Program-made: the position numbers and the translations under genes
Origin: Rikenellaceae bacterium
GTDB taxonomy: Bacteria > Bacteroidota > Bacteroidia > Bacteroidales > UBA932
Reading direction: 5' to 3'
Length of the DNA: 64,000 bases
Assembly (NCBI GenBank): GCA_003513895.1
Contig: DOSU01000148.1
Coordinates: forward strand, 21,378-85,377
Part shown: one piece after another, positions 19,661 to 30,469 of the stretch
How the letters are laid out: the number at the start of each line of letters is the position of its first letter
Numbering within the stretch: the first letter of the stretch is position 1
Notes under the pieces: model-generated
What the model was told of the DNA's origin: nothing
What the model saw: only the letters and a program-made list of their open reading frames with translations
Databases searched by the model: none

Positions 19661-20794
19661 ATGAAAATTGCAATTGAAGCTCAGAGAATATTTCGTGAAA
19701 ATAAACACGGGATGGATTTTGTTGCCTTGGAATGTATACGTGAGCTTCAAAAAATTGACAAAGTAAATGATTATTATATCTTGGTAGGCAGTGGACCGGA
19801 CCATGACGTTCTTTTAGAAACGCCAAATTTTCACATAATAGAAATTAAAATTCCTACTTATCCGCTTTGGGAACAGTTGGGGATACCATTGGCAATAAAA
19901 AAAATAAAGCCGGATTTACTTCATTGTACCAGCAATACAGCTCCTTTCTGTGTTAATACTACTTTATTACTTACACTGCATGATATTATATTTCTGGAAA
20001 AAAGAAAAACCATTAGTAAATCCTTATATCAGAATCTTGGCTGGTATTACAGAAAATTTGTTGTTCCAAGGGCAATAAGGAATAGTAAAAAAATCATAAC
20101 AGTATCTGATTTTGAGTCGAAAAGAATTAAGGATCGCTTAAATCTTCCTGCTAGTAAAATATCATATATCTATAACGGATTTGGTAAGCATTTTCGCAAA
20201 ATCGAAGACTATTATGAAATAACTTCAAAATATATATCTGCCAGAGAATATTTTTTCTTTCTTGGAAATACCGACCCTAAAAAAAATACTGAAAATGTAC
20301 TTAAAGCATACGGGATATATCTGAAAAAATCAACATGTAAAAAGCCCCTTCTTATTGCCGATTTGAAAGAATCTCATGTAGACTCCATATTAACAAAGTT
20401 AAGTCTGGAGCACATTAAAAATAATTTGGTTATTTGTGATTATATACCTAATCCGGACTTGCCATATATTTTTTCAGGCGCATTGCTATTCCTTTACCCT
20501 TCTTTGAGAGAAAGTTTTGGCATCCCGATACTTGAATCTATGGCTTGCGGTACGCCGGTGATTACGTCAAATACATCTGCAATGCCCGAGATTGCCGGAG
20601 ATGCTGCATTGTTGGTCGATCCGTATAGTCCGGAAGCAATCGCAGAAGGAATACTTAAAATTGAGACAGACGAAAACTTTCGGAAAGAGCTTATTAATTC
20701 CGGAAATGAAAGAATAAAGCTTTTTTCCTGGGAAAAAACTGCAACTGAACTGTTGAAAATTTATAAAAACATTGTAAATCATGAAATGGTATAA
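19661..20794 (+). CDS. GT4 glycosyltransferase
   Basis: TLHD, ITVS, YPSLRESFGIPILESMACGTPVI. Confidence 0.9.
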   Translation: MKIAIEAQRIFRENKHGMDFVALECIRELQKIDKVNDYYILVGSGPDHDVLLETPNFHIIEIKIPTYPLWEQLGIPLAIKKIKPDLLHCTSNTAPFCVNTTLLLTLHDIIFLEKRKTISKSLYQNLGWYYRKFVVPRAIRNSKKIITVSDFESKRIKDRLNLPASKISYIYNGFGKHFRKIEDYYEITSKYISAREYFFFLGNTDPKKNTENVLKAYGIYLKKSTCKKPLLIADLKESHVDSILTKLSLEHIKNNLVICDYIPNPDLPYIFSGALLFLYPSLRESFGIPILESMACGTPVITSNTSAMPEIAGDAALLVDPYSPEAIAEGILKIETDENFRKELINSGNERIKLFSWEKTATELLKIYKNIVNHEMV

Positions 20795-21638
20795 ACAGTA
20801 TCTTTCTGTCTTCGAAAGGCCATTCAGTAATGCACCATCGGAGGTAATCTGCGAAGTAAGAGAGAACCTTTCAAAAATTAATAGTGATACTCCTGTCGCT
20901 TCAGTTGTTGTAATTGCATATAACGAAGAGAAGAGATTATTAAGTTGCCTCTGGTCACTGAGTGATTCAAAATGTAAATATCCAATTGAAATTATCGGAG
21001 TAAACAATAATTCAACTGACAGGACTGCAGATGTATATGACGCTGTTGGGCTGAAATATTTCTTTGAGGATAAGAAAAGTGCCGGATATGCCAGGAACAG
21101 AGGTTTGTATGAGGCAAAGGGAGAATACTATATCTGCATAGATGCCGATACGATGTATCCGCCAAAATACATTGAAACAATGATTGAAAGGCTTAAAAAG
21201 CCAGGTGTTGTTGCTGCGTGTTCACTATGGAGCTATGCTCCGAGCAAGGAGTTTCCACGGTTTTGGATGACTATATACGAGTTTTTTAGAGATGTTCATC
21301 TTTTCGTGCTTTCATTCAAGAGTCCGGAATATTGCATAAGAGGAATGGTCTTCGCCCACGTGACTGACCTTGCCCGTGTAGATGGCTATAGAGTTGACAT
21401 CAAAAGAGGAGAAGATGGTACAATGGCTTTTGGACTTAAAAAGCATGGGAAGATAAGTTTTGTAAGGAACAGAAAAGCAAGAGTTCTAACATCTACGGCT
21501 ACGTTAAAGGTCGATGGTTCCTTAATAAATGCTTTCTGGGAAAGAATCAAAGGAGCTTTAAAAGGATCGCGGAAATATTTAAGAAAGAACAAAGGTGTTG
21601 TAAAAGATCATCCGTCTAACCTAATTGATAAGGATTGA
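20781..21638 (+). CDS. GT2 glycosyltransferase
   Basis: VVIAYNEE, NNNSTD, ARNRG, CIDAD, GEDG. Confidence 0.88.
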   Translation: MKWYKQYLSVFERPFSNAPSEVICEVRENLSKINSDTPVASVVVIAYNEEKRLLSCLWSLSDSKCKYPIEIIGVNNNSTDRTADVYDAVGLKYFFEDKKSAGYARNRGLYEAKGEYYICIDADTMYPPKYIETMIERLKKPGVVAACSLWSYAPSKEFPRFWMTIYEFFRDVHLFVLSFKSPEYCIRGMVFAHVTDLARVDGYRVDIKRGEDGTMAFGLKKHGKISFVRNRKARVLTSTATLKVDGSLINAFWERIKGALKGSRKYLRKNKGVVKDHPSNLIDKD

Positions 21639-21656
21639 AATTAATTATAGCTTTTT

Positions 21657-23114
21657 ATGTCTCTGCAGGAAAAAACGTTTAAAGGAATAATCTGGAGTTT
21701 TATTGACAACTTTGCAAGTCAGGGTGTTGAATTTATTGTCGGGATTATTCTTGCGCGCATACTCACTCCTCGTGAGTTTGGCCTGATAGGGATGCTGACG
21801 GTTTTTATCGCCATAAGCCAGACTTTTATAGATAGTGGTTTCACAAATGCGCTGATAAGAAAAAGCAACTGCACCCAAAAAGACTATTCAACTGTATTCT
21901 TTTTCAATATATCAGTTTCACTGTTTCTATACTTTGTTCTATTTGCTTCGTCCGAAGCAATTGGTTCTTTTTTCAAAGAGCCTCAATTAGGAATACTGTT
22001 GAAAGTTCTGGGTTTATGTTTGGTTATTGGCTCAATCTCAATGATTCAAAAGACAATTCTGACTAAAGAGATAAATTTCAAACAGCAAACTAAGATTTCA
22101 TTGTTTTCATCGGTAATTTCCGGCGTCATTGGAATCCTAATGGCATTATACGGATATGGAGTCTGGAGTCTTGTGGGCAGGGCTATGATATCCTTTATAT
22201 TAAGTTCGATACTTTTCTGGATAAGCAGCAAATGGAGGCCTTCGTTTATTTTCAGTAAAAGTTCATTTAAGGAACTTTTTGGATTTGGCAGTAAATTATT
22301 GGTAAGTGGTCTTATTGATACGGTTTACAATAATATATATTATCTTATTATTGGAAAATATTTCTCAACAAAAGAACTTGGTTTATATACAAGAGCAGAT
22401 CAGTTCAAAAATATTTTTTCGCAAAATATAACCAGTGTGATACAACGAGTGTCATTCCCAACCTTATCATTAATTAAAGAAGATTCTGAGAGGTTAAGGC
22501 AGAGTTATCAAAAACTCTTGAGAAGCACGATGTTCATTACTTTTTCATTGATGTTCTCGATGGCAGCAATGGCTAAGTCAATGATATTTACTCTTGTTGG
22601 CGAAAAATGGCTTCCGGCGGCACCCTACCTCGAACTACTTTGCTTTGTCGGGATTTTTTATCCCTTGAATTCCCTTAATCTTAATATATTGAATGTGAAG
22701 GGGCGTTCAGATCTCTTCTTAAGACTGGAAATTATTAAGAAGATTATTTTTATCCCGGTGATAGTAATTGGAGTCTTCTTTGGCATAAAAGCACTCATAC
22801 TGGGTATGATATTCAATTCTCTCTTAGCATATTTTATAAACAGTTACTATTCCGGAAGACTTATCGGATATTCGGTCTTTTGCCAGATAAACGATATAAA
22901 ACCATCATTTTTAATAGGTATGATTGTTGGCATACTATTATATATTGAGTCTTTATTTATTCCGGGCAACCTGTATATAATTTTTATAATTCAATGTATC
23001 TCGGCACCTCTCTTTATTTTGATTTTCTCGGAGATAACACAATTCAAGGATTATCTTTTTCTAAAAAAGATTATATTTGATTATATATTTAAAAATGATG
23101 ACAGAGAAAGATAA
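21657..23114 (+). CDS. wzx: Polysaccharide flippase (WzxC-like, MOP superfamily)
   Basis: LARILTPREFGLIG, DSGFTNALI, FGFGSKLL, LGLYTRA, GEKWLPA; more than 12 TM segments. Confidence 0.9.
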   Translation: MSLQEKTFKGIIWSFIDNFASQGVEFIVGIILARILTPREFGLIGMLTVFIAISQTFIDSGFTNALIRKSNCTQKDYSTVFFFNISVSLFLYFVLFASSEAIGSFFKEPQLGILLKVLGLCLVIGSISMIQKTILTKEINFKQQTKISLFSSVISGVIGILMALYGYGVWSLVGRAMISFILSSILFWISSKWRPSFIFSKSSFKELFGFGSKLLVSGLIDTVYNNIYYLIIGKYFSTKELGLYTRADQFKNIFSQNITSVIQRVSFPTLSLIKEDSERLRQSYQKLLRSTMFITFSLMFSMAAMAKSMIFTLVGEKWLPAAPYLELLCFVGIFYPLNSLNLNILNVKGRSDLFLRLEIIKKIIFIPVIVIGVFFGIKALILGMIFNSLLAYFINSYYSGRLIGYSVFCQINDIKPSFLIGMIVGILLYIESLFIPGNLYIIFIIQCISAPLFILIFSEITQFKDYLFLKKIIFDYIFKNDDRER

Positions 23115-24213
23115 TATCTATGTTACCCAACCGGCGATGCCTCCATTGGGTGAATTTCTTGAATCTCTTACAGAAATATGGGGAAATAAAATATTAACAA
23201 ATAACGGTCCTTTCCATATTCAGTTTGAGAAAGCTTTGGCTGAGTATCTCGGCGTAAATTATATCTCTCTCTTTTCCAATGGTACGCTTGCTTTGATTAC
23301 TGCCTTACAGGCACTCAGGATAACAGGAGAGGTAATTACGACGCCATTTAGTTTTGTGGCAACAACTCACTCTCTCTGGTGGAATAACATTAAACCAGTA
23401 TTTGTTGATGTTGAACCGGATTATTTCACTTTAGATCCCGAAAAAGTTGAGGCGGCCATTACACCGCAGACTACTGCAATTATGCCTGTTCACGTTTATG
23501 GAAATCCTTGCAAGATGGATAGATTGCAGGAGATTGCAGATACCTACGGGTTAAAAATAATTTATGATGCAGCACATGCATTTGGGGTTAAACAAAACGG
23601 AAGTTCGGTGCTTAATTGCGGGAATTTGTCAATATTAAGTTTCCACGCCACCAAAGTTTTTAATACGATTGAAGGAGGAGCCATAATTTGCCCGGATGAA
23701 AAATCAAAGAAAAGGATTGATTACCTCAAAAACTTTGGATTTGCCGGTGAGACAACTGTAATAGAGCCCGGAATCAATGCAAAGATGAATGAAATTCAAG
23801 CTGCATACGGTTTAATTCAGCTTAAATACGTAGATCAATATATACAGCAGAGAAAAGAAATTGTTGACTTATATAGAAAAAACCTTATCGGAGTAGACGG
23901 AATTGATTTTATGGATGATATGCAGGGAGTCCTGCATAATTATGCATATTTCCCAATTATTGTGGATACAATAAAATTCGGTAAATCGAGAGATGAACTT
24001 TATGAGATATTAAAACAGCACAACATATTCGGACGCAGATACTTCTATCCGTTGATAAGTCAGTTCCCTACATATCGCGGATTGCCGTCTTCAAGTCAGA
24101 CTAATCTTCCGGTTGCCACAAAGATTGCAAGTGAGGTTCTGTGTCTTCCGATATATCCTCATCTCCCTCATTCGGATATAGATAGAATATGTTCAATAAT
24201 CAGAAAAAAATAA
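23095..24213 (+). CDS. vioA: DegT/DnrJ sugar aminotransferase (VioA-like, dTDP-4-keto-6-deoxyhexose 4-aminotransferase)
   Basis: IYVTQP, LTNNGP, NGTLAL, YDAAHAFG, SFHATKVFNTIEGG, GINAKMNE, RRYFYP. Confidence 0.8.
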   Translation: MMTEKDNIYVTQPAMPPLGEFLESLTEIWGNKILTNNGPFHIQFEKALAEYLGVNYISLFSNGTLALITALQALRITGEVITTPFSFVATTHSLWWNNIKPVFVDVEPDYFTLDPEKVEAAITPQTTAIMPVHVYGNPCKMDRLQEIADTYGLKIIYDAAHAFGVKQNGSSVLNCGNLSILSFHATKVFNTIEGGAIICPDEKSKKRIDYLKNFGFAGETTVIEPGINAKMNEIQAAYGLIQLKYVDQYIQQRKEIVDLYRKNLIGVDGIDFMDDMQGVLHNYAYFPIIVDTIKFGKSRDELYEILKQHNIFGRRYFYPLISQFPTYRGLPSSSQTNLPVATKIASEVLCLPIYPHLPHSDIDRICSIIRKK

Positions 24214-24219
24214 AAAATC

Positions 24220-24756
24220 ATGAATTCATTTTACAGTAAAAATGAACTTGATAAAATTGGGTTTAGTAAAGTGGGAGATAATGTACTTATTAGCCGTTTT
24301 GCCAGATTTTACAGTCCTGAAAAGATGCAGATAGGGAACAATGTAAGGATAGACGATTTTTGTATACTCTCAGGCGATATTATACTTCACGATTTTATTC
24401 ACATTTCTGCTTTTTGCGCCCTGTATGGAAAATTCGGGATAGAAATTGATGACTATTCCGGCCTGTCTCCAAGGTGTACTGTGTTTAGTGCAACCGATGA
24501 TTTTTCCGGAGACTTTCTTGTAGGTCCGATGGTTAACTCAAGCTTAACGAATGTAAAAGGTGGAAAGGTTATGATAAATAAGTACTGTCAGGTTGGAGCC
24601 GGAAGTGTAGTGTTACCTGATATTACTGTTAGGGAAGGAGTCGCTGTGGGAGCTATGTCACTTGTCAATAAAACACTTGATGAGTGGTCTGTATTTGCAG
24701 GAATTCCCTGTAAGTTTGTTAAAAAAAGAGCGAAAAAAATGCTTGAGCTAATCTAA
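24220..24756 (+). CDS. Hexapeptide-repeat acyltransferase (VioB-like amino-sugar N-acyltransferase)
   Basis: IGNNVRIDDFCILSG, ATDDFSG, VGAMSLV, AGIPC; directly after the aminotransferase. Confidence 0.8.
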   Translation: MNSFYSKNELDKIGFSKVGDNVLISRFARFYSPEKMQIGNNVRIDDFCILSGDIILHDFIHISAFCALYGKFGIEIDDYSGLSPRCTVFSATDDFSGDFLVGPMVNSSLTNVKGGKVMINKYCQVGAGSVVLPDITVREGVAVGAMSLVNKTLDEWSVFAGIPCKFVKKRAKKMLELI

Positions 24757-24769
24757 AAATTCTAAAAAA

Positions 24770-25963
24770 GTGATTGAATCAGACGGGTTATTGCTGCACA
24801 TTACCGAAGATGAGAAATTTATTGATTATGTGATTGATGTGTTTGAGTCAGTCTATCCAAACCGGAATGTCTATTTTGTCGCTTTAAAGGAAAACGAAGA
24901 TGATCTAAAACTTGTACATTCAAAACACCCCAATATAGTTAAGGGAAGAATAGATTCTGAGGAGTTTAAAGATTTGATAAAATCGATTAACAGGTTTAAG
25001 GGGGTAATCATTCATAATCTTATTACGGAGTTTAAGCAGGAAGTAATACTTGATGCCAGCCCGGACGTCTACTTTCACTGGATGGCCTGGGGTGCAGATT
25101 TGTACTCAATTCCGGTACTGTCCAGAAATGTTATTCTGGCGGAAACTCAAAAATTTTTAAATTCATGTCGAAGCCATAAAGAAAGATTGGCTGGAGATAT
25201 GTATAATAATTACCCGGCAATTTTCAATCTACTCTACCCTTTCTTCTATGCGGAGAAATCTCCGTTATTAATAAGAATGAGGTGTTACCGGAAAATCAGA
25301 AGTGTTTCCACTGTCACGCCCATAGAATATTCGTTTGTTAAAAAATACATTTCACATAAAATAAAATATCTGCCCTTTAAGTATATTACAATAGATCAAT
25401 TTTATTCCGAAAACGAAGCAGATGTTTGTACAGATAATAATTTTCTTATTGGAAATTCTGCCACATATGAGAATAATCATATAGATACATTCCTCTTACT
25501 CCAAAGATGTGATCTTGAAGATAAATTACTTTACTGTCCGTTATCATACGGCGATAAAAAATACAGAGAATTCGTTGTATCTAAAGGGCATGAGCTATTT
25601 GGAAAGAAATTTGTCCCTTTGACTGAGTTTTTGCCGCTAAAAGATTATAATACCTTTTTGCTCACTTGCGGAAATTTAATAATGAACAATATACGGCAAC
25701 AGGGGATGGGTAATGTAATTATGTCTTTATGGAAGGGTGCCAGGGTTTTTATTAACGAGAAGAGTCCCATATATTTATACATGAAAGAAGAGGGTGTTCT
25801 ATTATATAAGTTGTCAGATTTAGAGAACATGAGCCTTCTTCCCGATTTTGAGACACTGGCTAAACATAACAGGCCAATTCTGGAAAATCTGTATAATCGC
25901 AATAGAGTGCTCAACGAGACATCTGACCTGATTAAACAAATCGTTAATTCAAAAATTGCATAA
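24770..25963 (+). CDS. WecF-like 4-acylamido-4,6-dideoxyhexose transferase (GT56-like)
   Basis: WMAWGADLY, LIGNSATYENNH, CPLSYGD, RQQGMGN. Confidence 0.72.
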   Translation: MIESDGLLLHITEDEKFIDYVIDVFESVYPNRNVYFVALKENEDDLKLVHSKHPNIVKGRIDSEEFKDLIKSINRFKGVIIHNLITEFKQEVILDASPDVYFHWMAWGADLYSIPVLSRNVILAETQKFLNSCRSHKERLAGDMYNNYPAIFNLLYPFFYAEKSPLLIRMRCYRKIRSVSTVTPIEYSFVKKYISHKIKYLPFKYITIDQFYSENEADVCTDNNFLIGNSATYENNHIDTFLLLQRCDLEDKLLYCPLSYGDKKYREFVVSKGHELFGKKFVPLTEFLPLKDYNTFLLTCGNLIMNNIRQQGMGNVIMSLWKGARVFINEKSPIYLYMKEEGVLLYKLSDLENMSLLPDFETLAKHNRPILENLYNRNRVLNETSDLIKQIVNSKIA

Positions 25964-25966
25964 TTG

Positions 25967-27091
25967 ATGAAAGCTATATTCGTTCACTTTTATGATTTCT
26001 CACAGCATAGCGGAATCAGTAAGAAGATTCTTTATCAGGTGGATGCTTTGAGAACATGCGGAATGGATGTGGAGTTATGCTATATGGATATCGATGAAAA
26101 CGGTTGCCAAAAAAGGATAAGTGGGGGTACTGTTATTGAAAACTATGGTAATGGATTTTCTGCGAAATTTTTAAAATGGTTCCGTTTCGGAGCATTAACC
26201 GATTACATCCTTGAGAATAATATAAAGTTTGTTTACATAAGGAGTTTCTATAATACCAACCCGTTTCTCCTGAAAATGCTGAGACGGTTGCGAAAAGCAG
26301 GTGTTAAGGTTGTGATGGAATTTCCTACCTATCCATATGACTATGAGGTAAAAGGAGGCCCTCTCAAATACCGGCTTATTTTTTTGTTAAACAGAATTTT
26401 CAGAAACAGGCTAAAGAACAATCTGGACAGAATAATAACATTTACGGATTATCCGGTTATTCACGGAGTAAAAACGATATGTATCTCAAATGGAATAGAT
26501 TTTAACAACATTAAATTAAAGTTGCAAAAGAATGAAAACAAAAACCGGCTAAACCTCATAGGTGTGGCGGAGATTCATTTTTGGCACGGATTTGACAGAA
26601 TTATCAAGGGCCTTGGGGAATATTACAATCGGAAAAGAGACATTGATGTACATTTTTATATTGTTGGAGATGGTGCTCCTGAAGATTTAAATTTATTAAT
26701 TCATTTGTCAAGACAATTTAATATTGAACATTATGTACATTTTCTTGGTAACAGATATGGAGAAGAGCTTGACAGCCTGTTTGAACAATCGGATTTTGGA
26801 ATAGCCAGCCTTGCCCGGCACAGGTCAAATATTACTAAAATAAAAACTTTAAAAACCAGGGAATACGCAGCAAGAGGGATTCCTTTCATATATTCGGAGA
26901 TTGACGATGATTTCGAGAACATGCCATATATATTAAAAGCACCGGCAGATGAAACTCCAATTGATATTGACCGTATTGTTTCATTTTCAAAATCATTGAG
27001 ATTAAGCCCCTCGGATATAAGAAATACTATAATTAATTCACTTTCCTGGAAAATTCAGATGCAAAAGGTTATAGACGAAATATTTAATTAA
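25967..27091 (+). CDS. GT4-like glycosyltransferase
   Basis: SGISKKI, EFPTYPY, SNGID, WHGFDR, LKTREYAARGIPF. Confidence 0.8.
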   Translation: MKAIFVHFYDFSQHSGISKKILYQVDALRTCGMDVELCYMDIDENGCQKRISGGTVIENYGNGFSAKFLKWFRFGALTDYILENNIKFVYIRSFYNTNPFLLKMLRRLRKAGVKVVMEFPTYPYDYEVKGGPLKYRLIFLLNRIFRNRLKNNLDRIITFTDYPVIHGVKTICISNGIDFNNIKLKLQKNENKNRLNLIGVAEIHFWHGFDRIIKGLGEYYNRKRDIDVHFYIVGDGAPEDLNLLIHLSRQFNIEHYVHFLGNRYGEELDSLFEQSDFGIASLARHRSNITKIKTLKTREYAARGIPFIYSEIDDDFENMPYILKAPADETPIDIDRIVSFSKSLRLSPSDIRNTIINSLSWKIQMQKVIDEIFN

Positions 27092-27092
27092 G

Positions 27093-28280
27093 ATGAACAC
27101 AATTGAAATTATTTTCTGGCTTTTTCTGTTCGTCGTATTCTATACCTATTTAGGTTACGGGATATTTCTCTATTTTTTGGTTTTAATTAAAGAGTGTTTT
27201 GTCAAAAAAATCGTAACCCCTTCTGCTTTTTCCGATTTGCCTGAAGTAACTCTTCTGATAGCAGCATATAATGAGGAGGACATCGTAGATGATAAAATGT
27301 TAAACACTCGCTCTCTGGACTATCCGAAGGAAAAGCTTAAGGTTGTCTGGATCACAGACGGGACAACAGACGCTTCAAATGAAAAGCTTGCTGTTTATGA
27401 TGAAGTTCAGGTTCTTTTTGAACCGGCAAGACAAGGTAAAACAGCAGCTTTAAACAGAGCCATTCCTTATATTAAGTCGCCAATAGTTGTTTTTACCGAT
27501 GCAAATACGATGCTGAACAGTCTTGCAATTATGGAGATTGTAAATGCTTTCCATGATATTAAAACAGGTTGTGTTGCCGGAGAAAAGAGAATTGCATCTA
27601 AAGAGAGAGATTCGGCCTCTTCAGGGGGAGAGGGAATTTACTGGAAATACGAATCAACTCTCAAATCTCTTGATTCAAGATTGTATTCTGCCGTTGGGGC
27701 AGCCGGGGAACTGTTTGCCATAAGACGGGAACTATTTGAAAAAATGGATAAGGATACTCTGCTGGACGATTTTATCCTGTCAATGAAAATTGCAATGAAA
27801 GGATATAGAATCTGTTACTGTAGCAACGCATACGCTATTGAGACAGGTACATTGAACATGGCAGAAGAGAAAAAGAGAAAAATACGGATTGCTGCGGGGG
27901 GGGTGCAATCGGTATACAGGCTTGCCTCTCTTTTAAATATCTTTAAATATGGAGTTCTTTCTTTTCAGTACATCTCGCACAGAGTCTTAAGATGGACAAT
28001 TACTCCTATATTACTATTCCTGCTGCTCCCCGTCAATGTTGCAATAGTAATTTCGGATAATTCAATTCTCTATTCAATTCTGCTGATTATGCAGATATTC
28101 TTTTACTCCCTTGCCCTCCTGGGAAAACATTTCGAAGGAAAAGAGCTGAAAAACAAATTCATATTTATCCCTCACTACTTCTTGTTTATGAACCTGAATG
28201 TGGTTAAAGGGTTCTTTTACCTGCTCAAAAAGAAGAGAGGAGACGGAACTTGGGATAAATCACAAAGAATGAAAAATTAA
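27093..28280 (+). CDS. Membrane GT2 glycosyltransferase
   Basis: IAAYNEE, DGTTD, GKTAALN, FTDAN, GAAGELFAIR, LLDDF, RKIRIAAG. Confidence 0.9.
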   Translation: MNTIEIIFWLFLFVVFYTYLGYGIFLYFLVLIKECFVKKIVTPSAFSDLPEVTLLIAAYNEEDIVDDKMLNTRSLDYPKEKLKVVWITDGTTDASNEKLAVYDEVQVLFEPARQGKTAALNRAIPYIKSPIVVFTDANTMLNSLAIMEIVNAFHDIKTGCVAGEKRIASKERDSASSGGEGIYWKYESTLKSLDSRLYSAVGAAGELFAIRRELFEKMDKDTLLDDFILSMKIAMKGYRICYCSNAYAIETGTLNMAEEKKRKIRIAAGGVQSVYRLASLLNIFKYGVLSFQYISHRVLRWTITPILLFLLLPVNVAIVISDNSILYSILLIMQIFFYSLALLGKHFEGKELKNKFIFIPHYFLFMNLNVVKGFFYLLKKKRGDGTWDKSQRMKN

Positions 28281-28297
28281 TATTCAAAATCACCAAA

Positions 28298-28909
28298 ATG
28301 AGAGAAAGAATATATAACTGGTTAAAACAAAATCCGGGAATAAAGGCAAAGGTTCATTTTTGTTTAGTTCACCCATATCGTTCCCGCCCTCGCTGGTGGG
28401 TGCGTAACTTTCTTATGCCTTTTATTATTAAAAAAGGTAAAGGAGCATATATTTCTTCAAGTGTAAGAAGAGATCTGTATCCATTCAATAAATTTGAGAT
28501 AGGGGCAAAGTCTGTGATCGAAGCAAACTCTGTTTTGAATAATGGAATGGGCAATATAAAAATCGGGGACAATTGTCTAATTGGAATAGGCTCGGTTATT
28601 CTGGGAGAAATAGTAATCGGAAACCATGTCGGCACAGGTCAATACTGCGTATTTACTGGGCTCAATCATAACTATGAATCGCTTAATTCTACATTTGACT
28701 TACAGGGGACTTATGCCGATGCTATTGTCATAGAAGACGATGTTGTTACCGGGTCGCATGTAATAATTCTGCCTGGCGTAAGAATCGGAACGCATTCGGT
28801 TATATCTGCCGGGAGTGTAGTCACCAGATCGATTCCTCAATATTCACTTGTATCAGGGAATCCCGCCAAAGTGGTTTTTAATTTTAAAACGGGCCAAAGA
28901 GTTAATTAA
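28298..28909 (+). CDS. Hexapeptide-repeat O-acyltransferase
   Basis: IGDNCLIG, GLNH, IEDDV, ILPGVRIG, AGSVVT, GNPAK. Confidence 0.85.
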   Translation: MRERIYNWLKQNPGIKAKVHFCLVHPYRSRPRWWVRNFLMPFIIKKGKGAYISSSVRRDLYPFNKFEIGAKSVIEANSVLNNGMGNIKIGDNCLIGIGSVILGEIVIGNHVGTGQYCVFTGLNHNYESLNSTFDLQGTYADAIVIEDDVVTGSHVIILPGVRIGTHSVISAGSVVTRSIPQYSLVSGNPAKVVFNFKTGQRVN

Positions 28910-29152
28910 ATGGAATTTATGAATACAATAGAAGAATTCGTTATAAAATTTGCAGAACAGTTTGAATCTGAAGACAGGGAAAGTATAAAGGCCTCTACCA
29001 GATATAAAGATTTGGAAGAATGGGACTCTCTAACTGTTCTTACAATAATATCCATGGTAAATTCAACCTATAATGTTGAGCTTATCGGGGCAGATGTAAG
29101 AGGCGCAAATACAGTTGAGGAGCTGTACAACTTGGTCGTGTCCAGGATGTAA
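28910..29152 (+). CDS. Acyl carrier protein
   Basis: 80 aa, acidic; WDSL phosphopantetheine site; TVEELY. Confidence 0.85.
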   Translation: MEFMNTIEEFVIKFAEQFESEDRESIKASTRYKDLEEWDSLTVLTIISMVNSTYNVELIGADVRGANTVEELYNLVVSRM

Positions 29153-29171
29153 AAAAGATGGTTGGGTTTCT

Positions 29172-30236
29172 TTAGAAATATATTATTTCTGTAAAAGAGA
29201 GATGCTCCATTCTTATAATCAAAGAAGCCCATGTAAGTCCTACTCCAAATCCAGCCAGACAAATCAACAAAGATTCCTTTTTGAGTCTGTCTCCAAGGTT
29301 GAATGAAATTGACGTAGGGACCGAAACTCCATTTGAATTTCCAAAAAACTCAAGGATATTGCTTGGTACTTTTTCATGGGGAATCTGAAGTTTATCGGCC
29401 AGCTTAGTTAAAGTGAACTTATTTGGTTGATGGAACATAAAATAATCTACATCACCCTTTGTAATACTTGCTTTTTCCAATAGAGACTCAATCATTGGAG
29501 GTACTTCCCGCTGAACGAAATTAAATATTTTATCTCCGTTGGCACAAAGCTGATCTAAGGAACGGAAATTGCCTTCTGTATCCTCTTTCATCTCTGCTGT
29601 TACCGGTGATGAAGGTGTTTTAAAACCTCCGGCAGGTATAATAACTGTATCAAATGCAGTCCCATCCATTTTAATATTTGCGTAAATAGTCTGATTCTTT
29701 TCGGATTTCTCTAAAATTGTTACAGAAGCAGCATCTCCAATCAGTGGGTTGTTGCTTCTGTCTCTTTTAGAAACCTTTTGACTTAAGACATCTGCATTAA
29801 GTAAAACTACCTTGTTTATTTCCGGTTGATCCAATAGCATGAATGACTGAAAAAGGCCAATTTCATAACCTGCACAACCCTGATTTATGTCAAGGCATAT
29901 CATATCCTTTTTAAGCCCTAATTTGCCCTGTATTACATTGCTGGTAGGAGGCAGGATATAATCGGGAGATTGGGTTACAAGTACAATTGCGTCAATATCT
30001 TCTTTCTTCAGGAGCTTTTGATCAAAAAGATAATTTAAACCATAAATGCACAAATCTGATATAGTCACACCACTTTCCACAATTCTATGGGAGCCGTACC
30101 CCATAATTTTCTTTAGTTTGAGAGACTGAGCTACAGAGAAATTATAATTACCCATCTCATCCTCAAACTTGATTTCGTTTTTTGGCAAGACTGTAAGCAG
30201 CCCGGTTATTTTCTTATTTCGAAATATCAGATTCAT
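29172..30236 (-). CDS. fabH: 3-oxoacyl-ACP synthase III (FabH-like)
   Basis: VTQSPDY, NQGCAG (Cys), GDAAS, FHQPN (His), FGNSNG (Asn), GFGVGLTW. Confidence 0.85.
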   Translation of the reverse strand: MNLIFRNKKITGLLTVLPKNEIKFEDEMGNYNFSVAQSLKLKKIMGYGSHRIVESGVTISDLCIYGLNYLFDQKLLKKEDIDAIVLVTQSPDYILPPTSNVIQGKLGLKKDMICLDINQGCAGYEIGLFQSFMLLDQPEINKVVLLNADVLSQKVSKRDRSNNPLIGDAASVTILEKSEKNQTIYANIKMDGTAFDTVIIPAGGFKTPSSPVTAEMKEDTEGNFRSLDQLCANGDKIFNFVQREVPPMIESLLEKASITKGDVDYFMFHQPNKFTLTKLADKLQIPHEKVPSNILEFFGNSNGVSVPTSISFNLGDRLKKESLLICLAGFGVGLTWASLIIRMEHLSFTEIIYF

Positions 30237-30469
30237 ACTATTTTTGCTCCATTCTTTTTCAATAATGCGATTATAGACTCAATGCTGGAAAAATTCTCAG
30301 GAAGAATATCCAGCCCATCAATGGAAATTCCGAATTCCTCATCTAACGAAGAGACTAAACTAACTATATCAAAGCTGTCTAACATACCTTGTTCAATAAA
30401 GTCACTCCCTTCGGAAAAATCAAATTCAGGACGGATTTCCTTCAAAATATCAATTATTTTCTTTTTCAT
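30233..30469 (-). CDS. Acyl/aminoacyl carrier protein (DltC-like)
   Basis: 78 aa; FIEQGMLDSFDIV, ILPENF. Confidence 0.85.
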   Translation of the reverse strand: MKKKIIDILKEIRPEFDFSEGSDFIEQGMLDSFDIVSLVSSLDEEFGISIDGLDILPENFSSIESIIALLKKNGAKIV